Source: Lepidodermella squamata (taxonomy: Eukaryota; Animalia; Gastrotricha). From it: a DNA stretch of 64,000 bases. Of the stretch, positions 59,597 to 64,000 are shown in pieces. The position numbers and the translations under genes are program-made. The notes under the pieces were generated by a model that made no database searches, was not told the DNA's origin, and was given only the letters and a program-made list of their open reading frames with translations. The DNA lies in assembly GCA_047495785.1 (NCBI GenBank), contig JBLDXI010000024.1:2170001-2234000 (forward strand). The letters run 5' to 3'. Each line of letters begins with the position of its first letter. Within the stretch, counting starts at the first letter, position 1.

Positions 59597-62174
59597 CTAG
59601 GAAATCATAGCTGTGAGCTCAGCGTCTTCAATAGCTCGGCAATGTATATCGGCAGCCGCACTTGGCAGCTCAATAGCGCTAGAGAGCGTTATCTTGGTGA
59701 CGTCAATATGCTCCTGGAATACTTGCACCATTTTGTTGACATGCGTCGTCAGTGGCATGACGTAATACTTGATCCCTTTGTCCTTTATCATCCTCAAAAC
59801 ATCCGACTCTGTCCTACCACATGGACATCCATCTGGGTGATCGTCACCGCCAGAGCCGAATTGGCGCCCATGAGGCGGGGCATCTAGGATGTGAATCAAA
59901 ACCTTGGCGCAACCCTCGCGCCAGCTCAACCTAGCCGCCCGTTCAAGACCATCTAACACAGCCTCGGCTCCATCCCCACCCCCGTGAGCTCCAACCCCGT
60001 CGATGAACCGAATCACTTCATCTGCATTGGTCAAATTAGTGCTCTGTAGCAGCTTTGGCCCATCGCAGTGGTCACGGTACGCAACAATTGCGAACTGCAT
60101 GCAGGATGATGTCTTATCCAGTTCTGGAAGTTGAAGCATGAAAGCCTCGATGATTCGCTTGATAGCGTTTTTACACTCGACTATGTAGGGAAGCATCGAG
60201 CCAGTTGCGGCAATGCAAAAGACCATATCCACTCCGATGAAATCCACCTTGTTGAAATCGTGACATTCAAACTGATGCTCCTTAGCTATAACGGAGTCCG
60301 AATGCCAGGCAGGCAGGTCGCAGAATTTCTTATCCGACTCGCTGTGAGAGCCATGCGGGCAGTAGCAATTGCATTTATGGATATCCTCGTCGTCAGTTGG
60401 CACCGCCCAGTTTTGGTGGCTCCAGTAATCGCGGCACAGGTATTTGTCGTAAACAACGTCCAAGTTAGGGTAGAATCGTTCATCCTCATCGCAGTGAACG
60501 ACCCCTGATCCCCAGAGCTCCTCGCCACACTCGTCTCCGCCTTTACATGGGATCAAATGGTAGTGAGCGCGGCCTTTGCGTTTGCACTGCTGGACGCAGG
60601 TTTCCGCGATCAGCATGTCGCCAGGTTCGTAAACCTTGTTCACTTTCTTGCCAGCCACAGTGTCTTCAACGGTGATAGAACCGTCGCTGGTCTTCGCGAC
60701 ACAGTAGCAAAACTCCATGTAGCGATGTGTGACTGTCAGATGATCACCGCCGTGGCCGATTTTCTCGCGGCAGAAGCTGCCACATTGCAGGCACTGTTCG
60801 ATGCACTTGTGTTCCTTCAAGCAGTCATGCGACTCATCGTGGGTCCATTCGCCACTTGGCAGTACACGCTGACACATGTTGATATTGTGCTCCTGTCTGA
60901 TGTAGATGTACTCCAACGGATTTCGAGGGTGTTCGAGATAACGTTCTTCCTCAATGTAGCGAACCTCGCAAATTCCGTCCATCTCACATTTAACCGGGCA
61001 GTTGTGTGCCGTCTCGCAAAGATGCAGTTTGATAGGGGCTCCTCGACTCTTAGCCCTAGGGTCTGGAATCATCATGGTGACATCGTCGTGATCGTGCGGG
61101 CCAGTGCATGGGCTACCGCAGAAAATACACCGCTCTGGGCAGTGGGTCTCGTTACACCTGTGCAAATCGTGGCTTTCTGTCCAAGATTTTATGCAGGTGT
61201 TCGGGCAGTACTGGCACGATGAAGTGCATTGATGGCTCGACGAGCATTTGTGCATTTTTGGGTTGATGTGATCCACCGGGTACGTACAGACATTTACGAC
61301 GCAGATTTCACATAGGAAAGGGCAATCGTGTTGCTCTTTACTACATGTGTGACTGCCATCGTGACCGGCCGGGTTTTTGCAAGGCAGCGCTTCACCTTTA
61401 CAAATGCTGCATCCCTCGTCGCATCGATGGTTCGTACCACAACCACACTCAAGAGTTCGCTCTAAGTCTTCGAGCTCTTTCTTCAGCATCACGAATTCCT
61501 TATTCCGTTCGATTAGCCCGATCAATGCGTACACCTCATTAGCCAAACGGATTTCGTTGCCTTCGGCAGCTTTCAGTTCAAGTTCAATTGTTGAAGCATC
61601 CCTAGCTGTGGCATTCAGACCGGACAACTGCTGTTTCACCTCATGCAAGTTCATCTTTATGATAGCCAGGTCAGCTTGAACCGACTGCCAATTAGCGTCA
61701 ATCTCTACGATTGATTTGAATTCGGATAGATCAGCGAACAGTTTCTGAGAGTCTGTTTTCAAGTTCCGTAAAGCCGCACTAATCCTCGACATCCGCATTT
61801 CAGCATCGTTGATGAATGCAAGTAGCTTTCCCGCCGAGAAACTGTTCTCCCTTAACACGGCGATTTCGGACTCGAGCCTCGTAATTTCGCTTTGGTTGGA
61901 GGCCTGCTTTGAGCAGACCACTGCTAGATCAGCCGCGCATTTCTGATGTGTTGCATTCAGCTCAGTTCCCAGCAGATGAATCCGTAGAAAATCATCACGT
62001 AACTTTGCTAGTCGGTTTTCCAGCAGCTTCAACTCGGCCAGATTCGATTCGCGATCAGCATATGCTGCTTTCAATCTCTCCATCTCTTGCAGCATGCTTG
62101 CATCAGAAACGGGCCCAGCGAAAGCCCGTAACTGCTCCTCTGCTTGCAGCTTCTTCGTTTCAGCCAAATTCGCC
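59597..62174 (-). CDS. Giant GTPase-family gene, copy 3: terminal exon only (coiled coil + Cys/His repeats + VWA); the upstream exon is not in the window
   Basis: Same acceptor position and phase as copy 1 (TTAAAG|G GCG AAT TTG) and an 856-aa open frame. Sequence 5' of the acceptor is replaced by repeat DNA. Confidence 0.8.
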
Positions 62175-62234
62175 CTTTAAATAAAAGTGAGGCAATTAAA
62201 TTATTGGGTGTTGGGTGTTGCTATTGACACGGAC

Positions 62235-64000
62235 CTAGATGGTTGCGCACCAAAGGTCCCACAGGAGTCCCCAATACAAAATGCCGCATGGCGATTTAGC
62301 TATCGCTGCCAAGCGTATGAGGTATATGGCGGTACCACATTTTTCGCATAGGGAAACGAATATTACGGTTACAAAAATTAAAAAAATACCGAAAAATCGG
62401 CGAGCCTTTCAAGTCTCATGTAAAAACTTTCCAGTATAACCGCAATTATTTCTGATTTTTAACTCTCATTTTTTCATTCAGCGAACTTACGCTGGTATAT
62501 TAATGATTCTAACGCTTAGAGCATTGTCAGCTAATAATTTTGAGATCAGGCTGGTTTTTGTGGCTGCCGTATTTAAGACGATATTAACCGCGCGGTAAAA
62601 CTTGGTATTGCATATTTTTAGTGCGCGCACTCACAGTCAGGCTTTCTCACTTGCATTTTTGACCTGTATGCAATTGCGCGCAAGATGAATTGCAACCATC
62701 CTGTGCAGAACAATGCGAGGAATCGAACGAGACTACGCCCATCATCGTAGCACTCATAGTTTTGTGCCTATATGAGGCGCGGCCGATCCACCTTAAAATT
62801 TCGAAATTTCGTTGTTTTTGTGAATTTTTTCGCGACGGTTTGGAAGAGACCCGGTGTATTATAATAACCATTTCAAGTACAGAATTCGACGGGCTTTCGA
62901 TCGGTGAAAACCGCATGCAAATACCTATTACAGTTTTTTGCCAATAGGCCACGCGGTATAATATGAGATAAAAGACAAACCTAATAAATTTCGAAATATC
63001 GCTTCTTTAAATCTAGGTGTTATTAAACCGCGACTTTATGTACGAATATTCATTAGAATTAGGTAATTCGAGGCGCCCTTTCAAATGGTATAAGCCTCAC
63101 ATTTACCGGACGCACCAATTTGACGCCACATTTGTCTGAGTCAAAAAATTTTAATGGTGTTGACCAACTTTGCACTCTCATTTTTTTATTCACCGAATTC
63201 CCGCTGATATATTAATGATTCGAACTCGTAGCGCATAGTCAGCTAACAATTTTGAGACCAGGCTGATCGTTGTAGCCGCCGTAGTTATGGCGTCTTTCAC
63301 CGCGCGGAAGAACTCTTAACAGACATCTTGTTAGTGCGCGCTGCGCGCACTCACAGTTATAGGCTTTCTCACTTAAATTTTCGACCTGTATGCAATATTT
63401 CCCTGAGCAGCAAGTGCACGTTTTTTGCGAAATACTGCTAAGTTCCAGTGGGAATTGCAGGAAACTGCCTTAAAACGCCGTTTACTGTCATTTTTCATCT
63501 TTTCTCGAAACTAACTGCAGTTTTTGGAAAAAACTGGAAGTTAAAGCTGGAAACCAGTCACTTCGCGAAATTGACACAGTTTTTTCAAGAAACTTGGGAA
63601 TTTCGGTTTTACGACCCGAAGTTAACTGCCAGTTGAAATATTTCTACGTCACCGTTAACAAAACTTTCGAATTTTCTCTATTTCGAAGTGAGAACTGAGA
63701 AGTAGTGAACGAAAGTGAAATTCGATCCTCGACCTCTAGTTTTCATTGCTGAAAATTCCCTGGCTCGAAAAACTGCCTCCTACCTATCCGGATCAAACTG
63801 TTTTTATTTATCATGAAATTCCTCGTTTTTTTCCCGATTTTCTCTAATTTTTACTGATTATTTACCTGGATCCTAAACATACCCGAATTTTTATCGTTTT
63901 CAGCCTGAACCATTAAGAAAATAAGGAGGCTAGAAAAATTCGATAATTTTGATTTTTCGTAAAAGCAACATTTTTAATGACTGAAAATTGTCGTTCTAAA
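62235..64000. mobile_element. Transposon-like sequence with ~210-bp internal direct repeats (62462-62672 and 63174-63394) occupying the copy-3 intron position
   Basis: Two diverged copies of ACTCTCATTTTTT..ATTAATGATTC..GTCAGCTAA.AATTTTGAGA.CAGGCTG..GCGCGCACTCACAGT..GGCTTTCTCACTT..GACCTGTATGCAAT. No long ORF. Confidence 0.5.

Overview
Eukaryotic (animal, invertebrate-type) genomic DNA with short GT-AG introns (mostly 50-60 bp). The left half (1-27 kb) is gene-dense. It holds a calmodulin-like gene, a U2 snRNA gene, a tandem cluster of five secreted/GPI-type Ser/Thr-rich surface proteins, an ankyrin protein, a Ly6/three-finger protein, a WASP/N-WASP orthologue, a DxD glycosyltransferase-like membrane protein and a CUB-trypsin protease. 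At 27.3-29.4 kb lies an intact IS630-Tc1-mariner element with an unusual DD31E spacing and a second, convergent, spliced accessory gene. The right half (30-64 kb) is a repeat-rich, tandemly duplicated locus with three copies of a giant GB1/RHD3/VLIG-type GTPase + Cys/His-rich + VWA gene: one full length (2535 aa), one with an in-frame internal deletion, and one present only as its 3' exon. Two copies are preceded by a decayed pseudokinase gene. The better-preserved pseudokinase carries a ~250-aa domain paralogous to the GTPase N-terminus, which suggests an undescribed paired pseudokinase/giant-GTPase defence-like module. Between the copies sits a spliced gene with an unusual three-finger + multi-TM + ankyrin architecture, together with many MITEs and a LINE fragment. 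All calls come from manual reading of motifs and splice phases; no database searches were run.
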